Shown: in pieces, positions 31,198-39,033 of the stretch
Layout: every line of letters starts with the position of its first letter
How positions within the stretch are numbered: the first letter of the stretch is position 1
Virus record (IMG/VR): IMGVR_UViG_3300023174_000050
Coordinates: 126,132 to 190,131 of that record
Length of the DNA stretch: 64,000 nucleotides
Strand: one strand, 5' to 3'
DNA from: a virus
Notes under the pieces: generated by a model
Seen by the model: the letters and a program-made list of their open reading frames with translations, nothing else
The model's database searches: none
What the model was told of the DNA's origin: nothing
Program-made: the position numbers and the translations under genes

Positions 31198-31377
31198 ATG
31201 GAACATTTTACATTTACATTTTATGATATAGTGCAAATCATTTTATTATTAGCAGCATGCTGGGCTTGTAAAATTAATGGATACCATCAGGGCATAACTG
31301 ACACTGTTGGTTTTTTTGAAGATAAAGGTATTATAGAAATAACCGAAGACGCAGAAGTCCGAAAAACCAAAGATTAA
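31198..31377 (+). CDS. small membrane protein (59 aa, not in ORF track)
   Basis: AAGGAG RBS; MEHFTFTFYDIVQIILLLAACWAC... Confidence 0.6.
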   Translation: MEHFTFTFYDIVQIILLLAACWACKINGYHQGITDTVGFFEDKGIIEITEDAEVRKTKD

Positions 31378-31388
31378 TAATAAATTAT

Positions 31389-31417
31389 TACCCCAGTAAG
31401 GACTGGGGTATTTTTTT
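31389..31417 (+). terminator. intrinsic terminator
   Basis: TACCCCAGT-AAGG-ACTGGGGTA followed by a T tract. Confidence 0.8.
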
Positions 31418-31429
31418 GGCAGAAAATGC

Positions 31430-31458
31430 TTGACTTCTGATCCAAAAGGTATTATAAT
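31430..31458 (+). promoter_or_regulatory. sigma70-type early promoter
   Basis: TTGACT-17nt-TATAAT. Confidence 0.75.
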
Positions 31459-31482
31459 TATGGTTCGAATGAGGAAAAGGTT

Positions 31483-31851
31483 ATGAATTTTTCAATTGGT
31501 GCGGATATAGAATTGACAACAAAATGGAGATCTAATCTCTTAGGTCAGGAGTTCGATATCAAGTCCTTTAAGGGCAAAGTAGTTCCTAATCCAAAATGGT
31601 TGGACGGGGATTACATATCTCTTCGTACAGGCAATCCAGAATATCCCATATCCTATATTCATAAGAAGTTTATAGTCGGGCATACTTTTACAGAAACAAG
31701 AAGCATAGCGCGCATATTTGTAGTCAAATCAAAATCGTCGGGCAAGACCTATAACGTCATGTCCGAAGATGGCGAAGTTACTTGTGATTGTGTTGGTTTC
31801 CAATTCCGTAGAATGTGCAAACATTCTGCTAAAGTTAAGTCGGTGTTGTGA
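31483..31851 (+). CDS. SWIM zinc-finger protein
   Basis: CDCVGFQFRRMCKH (CxCx8CKH). Confidence 0.75.
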   Translation: MNFSIGADIELTTKWRSNLLGQEFDIKSFKGKVVPNPKWLDGDYISLRTGNPEYPISYIHKKFIVGHTFTETRSIARIFVVKSKSSGKTYNVMSEDGEVTCDCVGFQFRRMCKHSAKVKSVL

Positions 31852-31877
31852 AAGAACAACACTGCCAAACTTTATGC

Positions 31878-31906
31878 TTGACACAGGATCGAATCGGTGT
31901 TATAAT
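31878..31906 (+). promoter_or_regulatory. sigma70-type early promoter
   Basis: TTGACA-17nt-TATAAT with extended -10 TG. Confidence 0.85.
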
Positions 31907-31967
31907 AGAGTTTGAGAGCAGATGCTTTCGGTGAAGTTTGTTTTTTTTTATTATTAAGGAGTATTTT

Positions 31968-32390
31968 ATGTTTTCAGTTGCCGGTGTTTCTACACAAAAT
32001 GGTATCACAAAAGTTCGTTTCGCAAACGATATCGTATCCCGCACTAAGGTCTTGGCCAAGGGCGGACATTCTCCCTTGGAACTCATTGAGTTGCCCAATC
32101 TAATGACTAAGTATGATGCTTGTCAGTATCTCTTAGATCGCGGTGGCGTATTTGCACAATGGTCTGGTCTTATCATCGAGACAATGTCCAAGAAAGATGA
32201 CAAGGCCCCTGCTAAGCCCGTTAAGGCTCCTGCAAAGGCACCTGCTAAAAAGACAGCACCAGCGCCTACTAAGACCCCTGCCCCAGCAAAGCAACCCAAA
32301 ATTACTAAGCCTGCAAAAGCAGAAGACGATCTAGAAATTAAAGAGATCAAAACTCTTGCAGAAGTAATGGCAGAACCAGCATTAGTTTAA
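31968..32390 (+). CDS. hypothetical protein with Pro/Ala/Lys-rich tail
   Basis: AAGGAG RBS before ATG 31968; KAPAKPVKAPAKAPAKK repeats. Confidence 0.7.
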   Translation: MFSVAGVSTQNGITKVRFANDIVSRTKVLAKGGHSPLELIELPNLMTKYDACQYLLDRGGVFAQWSGLIIETMSKKDDKAPAKPVKAPAKAPAKKTAPAPTKTPAPAKQPKITKPAKAEDDLEIKEIKTLAEVMAEPALV

Positions 32391-32403
32391 TTAGGAGAAC
32401 AGC

Positions 32404-32967
32404 ATGCCCAATTGGTGCCAAAACGTATTGACTCTTACACATGAGAATCCAGAGGTTATCAAAAGGGCAGAATCTGCTTTTGTTAATGGTAAATTTTTAG
32501 AAGAATTTATTCCAACTCCCGAGGAGTTGAAATCGGATGATTCTACTACCCGAGGTGGACCTAATTCTGAGAAATATGATAAGTTGCGTGAACAACTATT
32601 AGACAAATATGGTTATGATAGTTGGTACCATTTTCGTATTAATGAATGGGGTACCAAATGGGATGTGGGCGATGCACACGGAATCAACGAAGTGTCCGAA
32701 AATTCGTTATGCGTTTATTTTGATTCTGCTTGGTCTCCTCCGATTGCAGCATATGAAAAACTAAGTGACCTAATTGGGTTTAAAGTTGAAGCATATTACT
32801 GTGAAGAAGGTGTAGGATTCTGCGGTAAGTGGACCACTGAAGGTGGGGATGAGGAATATGAAATTCCTAGTTCTCTTGAAGAAATTAAAGAAAAAATTCC
32901 TGCAGAATTAGATGATATGTTTTGTATATCTGAAAATAAAGCAGAATTTGATGAAACTATAGATTGA
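32404..32967 (+). CDS. DUF1281/YubB-like ferredoxin-like fold protein
   Basis: MPNWC start, WYHFRINEWGTKWD, FDSAWSPP. Confidence 0.75.
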   Translation: MPNWCQNVLTLTHENPEVIKRAESAFVNGKFLEEFIPTPEELKSDDSTTRGGPNSEKYDKLREQLLDKYGYDSWYHFRINEWGTKWDVGDAHGINEVSENSLCVYFDSAWSPPIAAYEKLSDLIGFKVEAYYCEEGVGFCGKWTTEGGDEEYEIPSSLEEIKEKIPAELDDMFCISENKAEFDETID

Positions 32968-32984
32968 CCTAAATTTCTAATTGG

Positions 32985-32992
32985 TATAAATA
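32985..32992 (+). promoter_or_regulatory. T4-type late promoter
   Basis: TATAAATA upstream of the glycine-rich genes. Confidence 0.7.
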
Positions 32993-33016
32993 TACAGTAT
33001 ATCAATTAGGAATAAT

Positions 33017-34024
33017 ATGGAAATTGGTCAAGGTATAACAATATCTGGTGGTACTGCAATAAGTACCACCAAACCTTCGTTTGGTCAGAATATTAATTTT
33101 TTATTAGTTGCAGGTGGCGGGGGAGGTGGTGGTTTGGCCTTTGGCGGTGGCGGTGGAGGCGGGGGATTTGTATCATCCACTACTACTATAAATGTTGGCA
33201 CAAACTATAATGTAATAGTAGGTGCCGGCGGCGGTGTTGTTCAAAATTGGCCGAGTTATCCTAATTATGGGTATTGTGGTGATAACGGTGCAAATACCAC
33301 GTTTAACGAAATAACAGCTGTCGGTGGTGGCGGTGGCGGAAATTATATTAGTCCTTTTGTAGGAACTCCTACATCTGGAAACCATGGCGGAAGCGGCGGT
33401 GGCGGCACTGCAGGTTCTAACCCAAACGGGTCTGGTGAAACTGCAGGTGGAGCTGGATATGATTATCCGTCACCTACTCAACAAGGTTATCCAGGGGGAT
33501 ATGGGAGGATGGGCCCATCGGGTGGCGGCTCAGGTGGCGGCGGTGGCGCTGGCGGATCAGGTGGGGTAAATCCCGGGAGGTATAATGTTTCAGGCGGAGG
33601 CAATGGTGGCATTGGGCGACAGTGGTGGGATGGTAACTACTATGCTGGCGGTGGAGCTGGTGCTTCCAATTTTTCAGCTCCAGGACAAAATTTAGGCGGC
33701 CTCGGAGGAGGCGGCAACAGCGGGGTATTCGACAACTCCTACGGTGCAAATAATAACGGTGCCAATGCAGCAATAAACACTGGCGGTGGAGGTGGTGGCG
33801 CAGCATGGTATAATTCTTCGGGGGTTCCTCCGGGATCACCAATCAATTCAATTGCAGGACAGGGCGGTTCTGGTATAGCAATATTTTCTCACCCGACAAA
33901 AATACCTGTAGCAAATACCACAGGCTCACCTAATGTAACATATGTTTCAGGTAATATAATTTATAAATTTAATCAATCTGGCACAATACGTTGGGACTTT
34001 TCTAATTCTTTAGATTTCATATAG
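33017..34024 (+). CDS. glycine-rich domain virion/tail-associated protein
   Basis: FLLVAGGGGGG, YYAGGG, ANAAINTGGGGGG, GGSGIAI motifs. Confidence 0.7.
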   Translation: MEIGQGITISGGTAISTTKPSFGQNINFLLVAGGGGGGGLAFGGGGGGGGFVSSTTTINVGTNYNVIVGAGGGVVQNWPSYPNYGYCGDNGANTTFNEITAVGGGGGGNYISPFVGTPTSGNHGGSGGGGTAGSNPNGSGETAGGAGYDYPSPTQQGYPGGYGRMGPSGGGSGGGGGAGGSGGVNPGRYNVSGGGNGGIGRQWWDGNYYAGGGAGASNFSAPGQNLGGLGGGGNSGVFDNSYGANNNGANAAINTGGGGGGAAWYNSSGVPPGSPINSIAGQGGSGIAIFSHPTKIPVANTTGSPNVTYVSGNIIYKFNQSGTIRWDFSNSLDFI

Positions 34025-34034
34025 CAGGAATACA

Positions 34035-35765
34035 ATGATAATAACCAATGGAGTAGTAATTAGAGGCGGTGGTATATTAGACACAAATGCGCCTTCGGGT
34101 TCTGCAGATTTTATTACCCCAGGAATTTATACGTGGAAACCTCCAGTAGATGTATCATTTGTAGATGTTACAGTTATTGGTGCTGGAGGTGGAGGAATGA
34201 GTTATATTTCCTCTGCACCATATGCAGGTTCATATGCCGCAGGCGGCGGCGGCGGACTTGGATTTATGTCAAATTATCCAGTTAATCAAAACCAAGTTTA
34301 TTACATAAAGGTTGGGCAAGGTGGCTCTGCTGGTTTTTATAACATGCCTGCCGGTCCAGGTACAAGTGGCGGTACGGGCGAAGACACTGCTTTTAATACA
34401 GATAATTCATTCCCAGCAGGCAGTAGTTTAGTTTACATATATGGCGCAGGTGGAGGTCAATTTCCTCCTTTTGTTACTAACGGTGGCACAAATAACGGCG
34501 GCACTCAAGCCGGCGGCAAATTAAATTGTAATGGTTATTTATATGCTGGGGGAACGGGACAACCCGGTAGTCCATCTGACACATCTGGAAAACAGGGCGG
34601 CGGTGCAGCAACCCACACCGGAGTAGGAACTCCTGGTTCTACAAATATAAGTGAACTTGGAATTGGTTCTCCCTTATATGGTCCTAGTGTCACTCCTTCT
34701 TTTCCTACTAAGGCAACGGCTTTGTATGGTGGAGGTGGTGGCGGCTCAGGTACAAATCCAACAAGACGCACAGCCATAGATGGTAGCCCAGGCGCAGTTC
34801 GTATTTCATGGGGTTCTGAAAATTCGAGACTATATCCTCGTCCAACCGAAATTATTTTATTAGATTTCATTGTTGTTGCGGGTGGGGGTGGAGGCGGAGG
34901 TGCCAATTTTGGTGGTGGCGGTGGCGCAGGTGGATACATACAAAATTCTGCAAGACTTCAGGGGCCTGGTCCGGCAGGAGTGGGAAGTAGTTATACTGTG
35001 ATTGTGGGTGCAGGTGGCACCGAATCAGCGACAGCTGCTTCCTCCCCTGGCACAAATTCTTCTTGGTTCTCAAACGTTGCTATCGGTGGCGGCAGAGGCG
35101 GTACTGGTCTTGGCACTGTAGGTGATACTGGGGGGTCAGCTGGTGGTGCTGGAGGGTACCAATTGTCCCAACCAACACCAACTAGAGGCGTATCGCGCAC
35201 AGGTCCTAGCAATCCTACTCAAGGATTTGCTGGAGGCGGTGGAGAATTTGATCAAAATATGGGACCAGCTCCATTCTTTGGTACGATGTCCGGCGGCGGC
35301 GGCGGCGCTGGCGGCGCAGGCACATACAATATTTCTAGCCCATATCCATACGGTCCTGGCGGCAGTTCTCCCCCAAGCGGCACTGCAAGAGGAGGCGCTG
35401 GCGGTATTGGAAGACAATCTTCTATAACAGGTTTATCTGTATACTATGCCGGGGGCGGTGGTGGTTCAGGTGCAATTTCTGGATCAGCTGGTCTAGGCGG
35501 AGGTGGTGCTGGCGGAATAATATCTACTCCTGGCACAGGTACACATGGAGCTAATGCAACAGTAAACACCGGCGGTGGCGGTGGCGGTGGGGCATTTAAT
35601 ACCTCTACCGGGCCTTCGCGAGGTGGCGCTGGAGGTTCAGGTGTAGTTATTATTAGTCAATATGCTGCAAATGTTTTACCAACAGTTACAGGTTCGCCGA
35701 ATGTAATATACAATGGAGATAAAATAGTTTATAAATTTTGGCAATCTGGAACAATACAATGGTAA
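34035..35765 (+). CDS. glycine-rich domain protein with two such domains
   Basis: Repeated VIGAGGGG / VVAGGGGGG domains; C-terminus paralogous to the previous gene. Confidence 0.7.
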   Translation: MIITNGVVIRGGGILDTNAPSGSADFITPGIYTWKPPVDVSFVDVTVIGAGGGGMSYISSAPYAGSYAAGGGGGLGFMSNYPVNQNQVYYIKVGQGGSAGFYNMPAGPGTSGGTGEDTAFNTDNSFPAGSSLVYIYGAGGGQFPPFVTNGGTNNGGTQAGGKLNCNGYLYAGGTGQPGSPSDTSGKQGGGAATHTGVGTPGSTNISELGIGSPLYGPSVTPSFPTKATALYGGGGGGSGTNPTRRTAIDGSPGAVRISWGSENSRLYPRPTEIILLDFIVVAGGGGGGGANFGGGGGAGGYIQNSARLQGPGPAGVGSSYTVIVGAGGTESATAASSPGTNSSWFSNVAIGGGRGGTGLGTVGDTGGSAGGAGGYQLSQPTPTRGVSRTGPSNPTQGFAGGGGEFDQNMGPAPFFGTMSGGGGGAGGAGTYNISSPYPYGPGGSSPPSGTARGGAGGIGRQSSITGLSVYYAGGGGGSGAISGSAGLGGGGAGGIISTPGTGTHGANATVNTGGGGGGGAFNTSTGPSRGGAGGSGVVIISQYAANVLPTVTGSPNVIYNGDKIVYKFWQSGTIQW

Positions 35766-35772
35766 TAAGATG

Positions 35773-35780
35773 TATAAATA
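35773..35780 (+). promoter_or_regulatory. T4-type late promoter
   Basis: TATAAATA. Confidence 0.5.
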
Positions 35781-35785
35781 AATAT

Positions 35786-35905
35786 ATGAATAAAGAAACC
35801 AACATGCTCAAATCCTCCCAACCCATTATATGTAAAGATACGTATGGCAGACAGCCACACGCCTTTGCACGTAAGGAATCAAATTGGAGTCTGTATCGAG
35901 GTTGA
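35786..35905 (+). CDS. possible 39 aa leaderless peptide
   Basis: ATG 5 nt after the late promoter; ORF ends just before a hairpin. Confidence 0.3.
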   Translation: MNKETNMLKSSQPIICKDTYGRQPHAFARKESNWSLYRG

Positions 35906-35927
35906 CGTAAGTATTTTCATATTCTAC

Positions 35928-35958
35928 AAAACCTCGGTACCCTAAAGTCCGAGGTTTT
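35928..35958 (+). terminator. hairpin terminator
   Basis: AAAACCTCGG-11nt-CCGAGGTTTT. Confidence 0.65.
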
Positions 35959-35993
35959 CCTTTCTTAAAACCTTTTTATTAATACCCTTATGC

Positions 35994-36022
35994 TTGACAA
36001 GGTTACTAAAAGGTGTTATAAT
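35994..36022 (+). promoter_or_regulatory. sigma70-type promoter P1 of tRNA array
   Basis: TTGACA-17nt-TATAAT. Confidence 0.85.
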
Positions 36023-36091
36023 AGAGACATAGAACAAAGAAACCGCAAAGTTCAAGTACCAAAGCAAGCTAAAGGGTTATTCTTTTTAGAT

Positions 36092-36119
36092 TTGACAAAA
36101 GTACTAAAGGTGTTATAAT
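36092..36119 (+). promoter_or_regulatory. sigma70-type promoter P2 of tRNA array
   Basis: TTGACA-16nt-TATAAT; shares TACTAAA(A)GGTGTTATAATAG with P1. Confidence 0.8.
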
Positions 36120-36176
36120 AGTGTTTTCGGTTGATCGTGATCGAGACAAAGTTCTTTTAAAATTTGCATTCCATTT

Positions 36177-36250
36177 CCTCTTGTAGCTCAAAGGTAGAGC
36201 ACTCGCTTGATAAGCGATAGACGTTGGATCGTTACCATCCAAGAGGACCA
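36177..36250 (+). tRNA. tRNA-Ile(GAT), atypical T-loop ATCGTTA
   Basis: CCTCTTG/CAAGAGG acceptor, loop TTGATAA, encoded CCA. Confidence 0.85.
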
Positions 36251-36253
36251 TAT

Positions 36254-36329
36254 ATCCCGTTCATCTAGAGGCCTAGGATACCGCCCTTTCACGGCGAACA
36301 CACCGGTTCGAATCCGGTACGGGATGCCA
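36254..36329 (+). tRNA. tRNA-Glu(TTC)
   Basis: ATCCCGT/ACGGGAT acceptor, loop CTTTCAC, TTCGAAT, CCA. Confidence 0.95.
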
Positions 36330-36364
36330 TTATTTTGTGTACAGGCTACAAAATAATGGTTTAT

Positions 36365-36442
36365 GCCTAGGTGGCAGAGAGGTCAAATGCAACGGATTGC
36401 AAATCCGTAAAATCGTCAGTTCGAATCTGACCCTAGGTTCCA
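36365..36442 (+). tRNA. tRNA-Cys(GCA)
   Basis: Cloverleaf, loop TTGCAAA, U73, CCA. Confidence 0.95.
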
Positions 36443-36452
36443 AAATTAATGC

Positions 36453-36480
36453 TTGACAAATATTGTAATGATGTTATAAT
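36453..36480 (+). promoter_or_regulatory. sigma70-type promoter
   Basis: TTGACA-16nt-TATAAT with extended -10 TG. Confidence 0.8.
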
Positions 36481-36495
36481 AGAAACAAGTAAAAA

Positions 36496-36684
36496 GATCC
36501 CGTTACTATTTTCGTTAAAATAGCGTTTGATTAGCGATAGAGATCCGGTGGCAGAAAACCGTTAGCGAGGTTCCCTCAGACTCTGATAGGCAGAATCCTA
36601 ACTGCACACAGACGTTAGAATAAACAGGATGGACAGAGTAACTGCTCAATTAAGGGCTGGCCTGGAAACCAGTAGCTTATCCTA
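36496..36684 (+). ncRNA. putative structured ncRNA of unknown class
   Basis: Own promoter, no ORF, several nested stems (see findings). Confidence 0.5.
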
Positions 36685-36688
36685 ATAT

Positions 36689-36764
36689 GGTCTTAAAGTG
36701 TTCATGGACGCACGACGGCTTGTCACGCCGTAAGAGTGGGGATCGTTACCCCCTAAGACCGCCA
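36689..36764 (+). tRNA. tRNA-Asp(GTC), atypical T-loop ATCGTTA
   Basis: GGTCTTA/TAAGACC acceptor, loop TTGTCAC, G73, CCA. Confidence 0.88.
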
Positions 36765-36770
36765 GTATTT

Positions 36771-36847
36771 GCCCCGGTGACGGAATTGGTATACGTGTTG
36801 GTCTTAGAAGCCAAATTTTGCGAGTTCGAGTCTCGCCTGGGGCACCA
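36771..36847 (+). tRNA. tRNA-Leu(TAG), short variable region
   Basis: Cloverleaf, loop CTTAGAA, CCA. Confidence 0.9.
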
Positions 36848-36935
36848 AATAGGAGTACAAGCTCTTTATAAATCTTGTCTTTGTGTGGAACCGAACAATG
36901 CTACTACTTGTATAAGTATCGGTTCAAAGAATTTC

Positions 36936-37010
36936 GGGGGATTGGCGTAATTGGGAACGCAGTAGCTTTGCAAGCTTCAGTCAGGAGTTCGAATCTCCTA
37001 TCCTCCACCA
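36936..37010 (+). tRNA. tRNA-Ala(TGC)
   Basis: G3-U70 pair, loop TTTGCAA, CCA. Confidence 0.95.
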
Positions 37011-37017
37011 AATTTAT

Positions 37018-37094
37018 CCGTGTGTAGCTCAGCCTGGTAGAGCTCCTGGTTTGGGACCAGGTGGTCGCATGTTCGAATCGTGTCACACGGACCA
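37018..37094 (+). tRNA. tRNA-Pro(TGG)
   Basis: Cloverleaf, loop TTTGGGA, CCA. Confidence 0.95.
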
Positions 37095-37101
37095 TGTATA
37101 T

Positions 37102-37176
37102 TCCCTTGTAGCTCAGTGGTAGAGTAGATGACTGTTAATCATTTGGTCCGTGGTTCGAGCCCACGCAGGGGAGCCA
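37102..37176 (+). tRNA. tRNA-Asn(GTT)
   Basis: Cloverleaf, loop CTGTTAA, CCA. Confidence 0.95.
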
Positions 37177-37180
37177 AATT

Positions 37181-37265
37181 GGAGGTACGGCGCAGTTGGA
37201 GAGGCGCGGCAGACTGTAAATCTGTTCTTTCGGGTGAGTTGGTTCGAATCTAACTACCTCCACCA
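37181..37265 (+). tRNA. tRNA-Tyr(GTA)
   Basis: Loop CTGTAAA, long variable arm, CCA. Confidence 0.95.
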
Positions 37266-37269
37266 AATT

Positions 37270-37344
37270 GCCTGGTTAGCTCAGTGGTAGAGCGTCTCGT
37301 TTACACCGAGAGGGTCGGCAGTTCGAAACTGTCACCAGGTACCA
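37270..37344 (+). tRNA. tRNA-Val(TAC)
   Basis: Cloverleaf, loop TTTACAC, CCA. Confidence 0.95.
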
Positions 37345-37346
37345 AT

Positions 37347-37420
37347 GCCCTATTAGTATAATGGTATTACACCTGTTTTGTAATCAGGCTACGGCAGTTC
37401 GATTCTGTCATGGGGCACCA
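37347..37420 (+). tRNA. tRNA-Thr(TGT)
   Basis: Cloverleaf, loop TTTGTAA, CCA. Confidence 0.93.
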
Positions 37421-37425
37421 AATTA

Positions 37426-37500
37426 CTGCCGATAGTTCAACGGATAGAACAGTAGCCTTCTAAGCTATTAATAGAGGTTCGATTCCTCTTCGGCGGACCA
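37426..37500 (+). tRNA. tRNA-Arg(TCT)
   Basis: Cloverleaf, loop CTTCTAA, CCA. Confidence 0.95.
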
Positions 37501-37507
37501 AATCAGT

Positions 37508-37581
37508 TGGGGGTTAGTGTAGCGGCAACACTACAGACTTTGACTCTGTCATCACTGGTTCGATCCCAGTACCCTCTGCCA
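37508..37581 (+). tRNA. tRNA-Gln(TTG)
   Basis: Cloverleaf, loop CTTTGAC, CCA. Confidence 0.93.
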
Positions 37582-37584
37582 AAT

Positions 37585-37613
37585 TTGACAAAATTTTAAA
37601 AAGATGTTATAAT
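37585..37613 (+). promoter_or_regulatory. sigma70-type promoter
   Basis: TTGACA-17nt-TATAAT with extended -10 TG. Confidence 0.85.
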
Positions 37614-37632
37614 AGTGTTTTAGGAGATAAAA

Positions 37633-37773
37633 ATGAAGCACAAGATAATCGTCAGGCAACGTAACCCCTTCGTTGTTTTGGCATTAAAAAGAAAAGCGGG
37701 TAGCCATCGTAAGCCTAACAAAGCATTACGAAGAGCAATGAATGCGGGTATAGCTCAGTCGGTAGAGCAGTAG
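37633..37773 (+). CDS. small basic protein (46 aa) reading into tRNA-Lys
   Basis: Own promoter, AGGAG RBS; MKHKIIVRQRNPFVVLALKRKAGSHRKPNKALRRAMNAGIAQSVEQ. Confidence 0.65.
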   Translation: MKHKIIVRQRNPFVVLALKRKAGSHRKPNKALRRAMNAGIAQSVEQ

Positions 37774-37819
37774 ACTTTTAATCTATTGGTCGTGGGTTCG
37801 AATCCCCCTGCCCGTACCA
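37744..37819 (+). tRNA. tRNA-Lys(TTT)
   Basis: Cloverleaf, loop CTTTTAA, CCA. Confidence 0.95.
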
Positions 37820-37906
37820 TATAAAAACATATTTGACTAAACTCGGGTTCATCCGTGATAGCAAATGCTACTATATCAAGTGTGTTTCTATATGGTAATA
37901 TATAAT

Positions 37907-37983
37907 CGGTCCTTAACTCAACTGGATAGAGTGTCAGTCTTCGAAACTGGAAGTTGGGAGTTCGAATCTCTCAGGACCGGCCA
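37907..37983 (+). tRNA. tRNA-Arg(TCG)
   Basis: Cloverleaf, loop CTTCGAA, CCA. Confidence 0.93.
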
Positions 37984-37988
37984 CATAT

Positions 37989-38065
37989 GGTGCTTGTCGT
38001 CAAGCGGTTAAGACCTCGGGTTGTGATTCCGATATGCGTGGGTTCGAATCCCATCAAGCACCCCA
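37989..38065 (+). tRNA. tRNA-His(GTG)
   Basis: G-1/C73, loop TTGTGAT, CCA. Confidence 0.95.
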
Positions 38066-38073
38066 ATTAATTT

Positions 38074-38149
38074 GGCGACGTAGCTCATCAGGTAGAGCAG
38101 CAGACTGAAAATCTGTGTGTGATTGGTTCGAGTCCAATCGTTGCCACCA
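38074..38149 (+). tRNA. tRNA-Phe(GAA)
   Basis: Cloverleaf, loop CTGAAAA, CCA. Confidence 0.95.
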
Positions 38150-38160
38150 AGAGGAAATAT

Positions 38161-38931
38161 ATGAAAAAATTTTTATTTGTATTACTTTTTTGTTTATGTT
38201 ATAAAGCATTTGCCGATACTAGCGTAATGGTATATGATATTACAGAAGACAACCATCAATACAATAGTAACATTAATAAGACCAGACCAATAGCAAGCAT
38301 AACTAAGTTAATGACTGTTATGGTAAGTTTAAACAATGATCAAAATTTACTTAAAGAAGTTAGATTGGTTAACAAAATTAAAAGTAGTTTGCCAATGCAA
38401 TCATACAAAAGATATGATTTAATTAAAGCAGTATTAGTTAAAAGTGATAATGGTGCAGCAGAAACTATAGCAGAGGATTATCCAGGTGGAAGGAAAGCAT
38501 TTATTAAAGCAATGAATGATACTGCCAAAAAAATTGGTATGATGAGTACGCATTTTGATGATCCAACAGGACTTAGTTCTAAGAATACTTCCACTGCAAG
38601 TGAGGTTGCTATCATGGCAAGTTATGCTGCAAATTATTTAATCATTAGAGAAATTAGTATACAAAAACAAATAGCAATTGAAGCAAAGTTTAAAAAGAAG
38701 ATACGAACAATAATTTTAAATAATACTAACAAACCTATACTATTTGAATTTGATACTATAATAGTTAGTAAAACAGGCTTTACCAATCCTGCAGGTTGGT
38801 GTAATGTTTTGATTGTAGAAAAGAATAAAAAAAGATATGCGATTGTTGTATTAGGTGCGCCTAATAAACAGGCAAGAATAAAAACAGTTGAGAATATGAT
38901 GTACAATCATATCAACGATAACGAAATTTAG
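38161..38931 (+). CDS. peptidase S11 D-Ala-D-Ala peptidase (PBP7/PbpG-like)
   Basis: Signal peptide; SITK (SxxK), SDN (SxN) and KTG motifs; GAGGA RBS. Confidence 0.9.
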   Translation: MKKFLFVLLFCLCYKAFADTSVMVYDITEDNHQYNSNINKTRPIASITKLMTVMVSLNNDQNLLKEVRLVNKIKSSLPMQSYKRYDLIKAVLVKSDNGAAETIAEDYPGGRKAFIKAMNDTAKKIGMMSTHFDDPTGLSSKNTSTASEVAIMASYAANYLIIREISIQKQIAIEAKFKKKIRTIILNNTNKPILFEFDTIIVSKTGFTNPAGWCNVLIVEKNKKRYAIVVLGAPNKQARIKTVENMMYNHINDNEI

Positions 38932-39022
38932 GAAGATGATGCAGCGGGGTTGGTCCTGCGACTGGCCTTGAAAACCAGGTTCTCTTAACAGGGATGGGGT
39001 TCGACTCCTCCGTCTTCCGCCA
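38931..39022 (+). tRNA. tRNA-Ser(TGA)
   Basis: GGAAGAT/GTCTTCC acceptor, loop CTTGAAA, long variable arm, G73, CCA. Confidence 0.88.
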
Positions 39023-39033
39023 GAGTCAGATAA

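Noticed and set aside
33173-35427. Several alternative-frame and antisense ORFs in the glycine-rich genes
   Set aside because: By-products of GGN-rich, stop-poor sequence.
36496-36684. RNase P RNA or SRP RNA identity
   Set aside because: Lacks GAGGAAAGUCC (RNase P) and the SRP domain IV CAGG-GNRA-AGCAG motif.
36687-37095. ORFs 36687..36950 (+) and 36904..37095 (-)
   Set aside because: They run through well-formed tRNA genes and lack an RBS.
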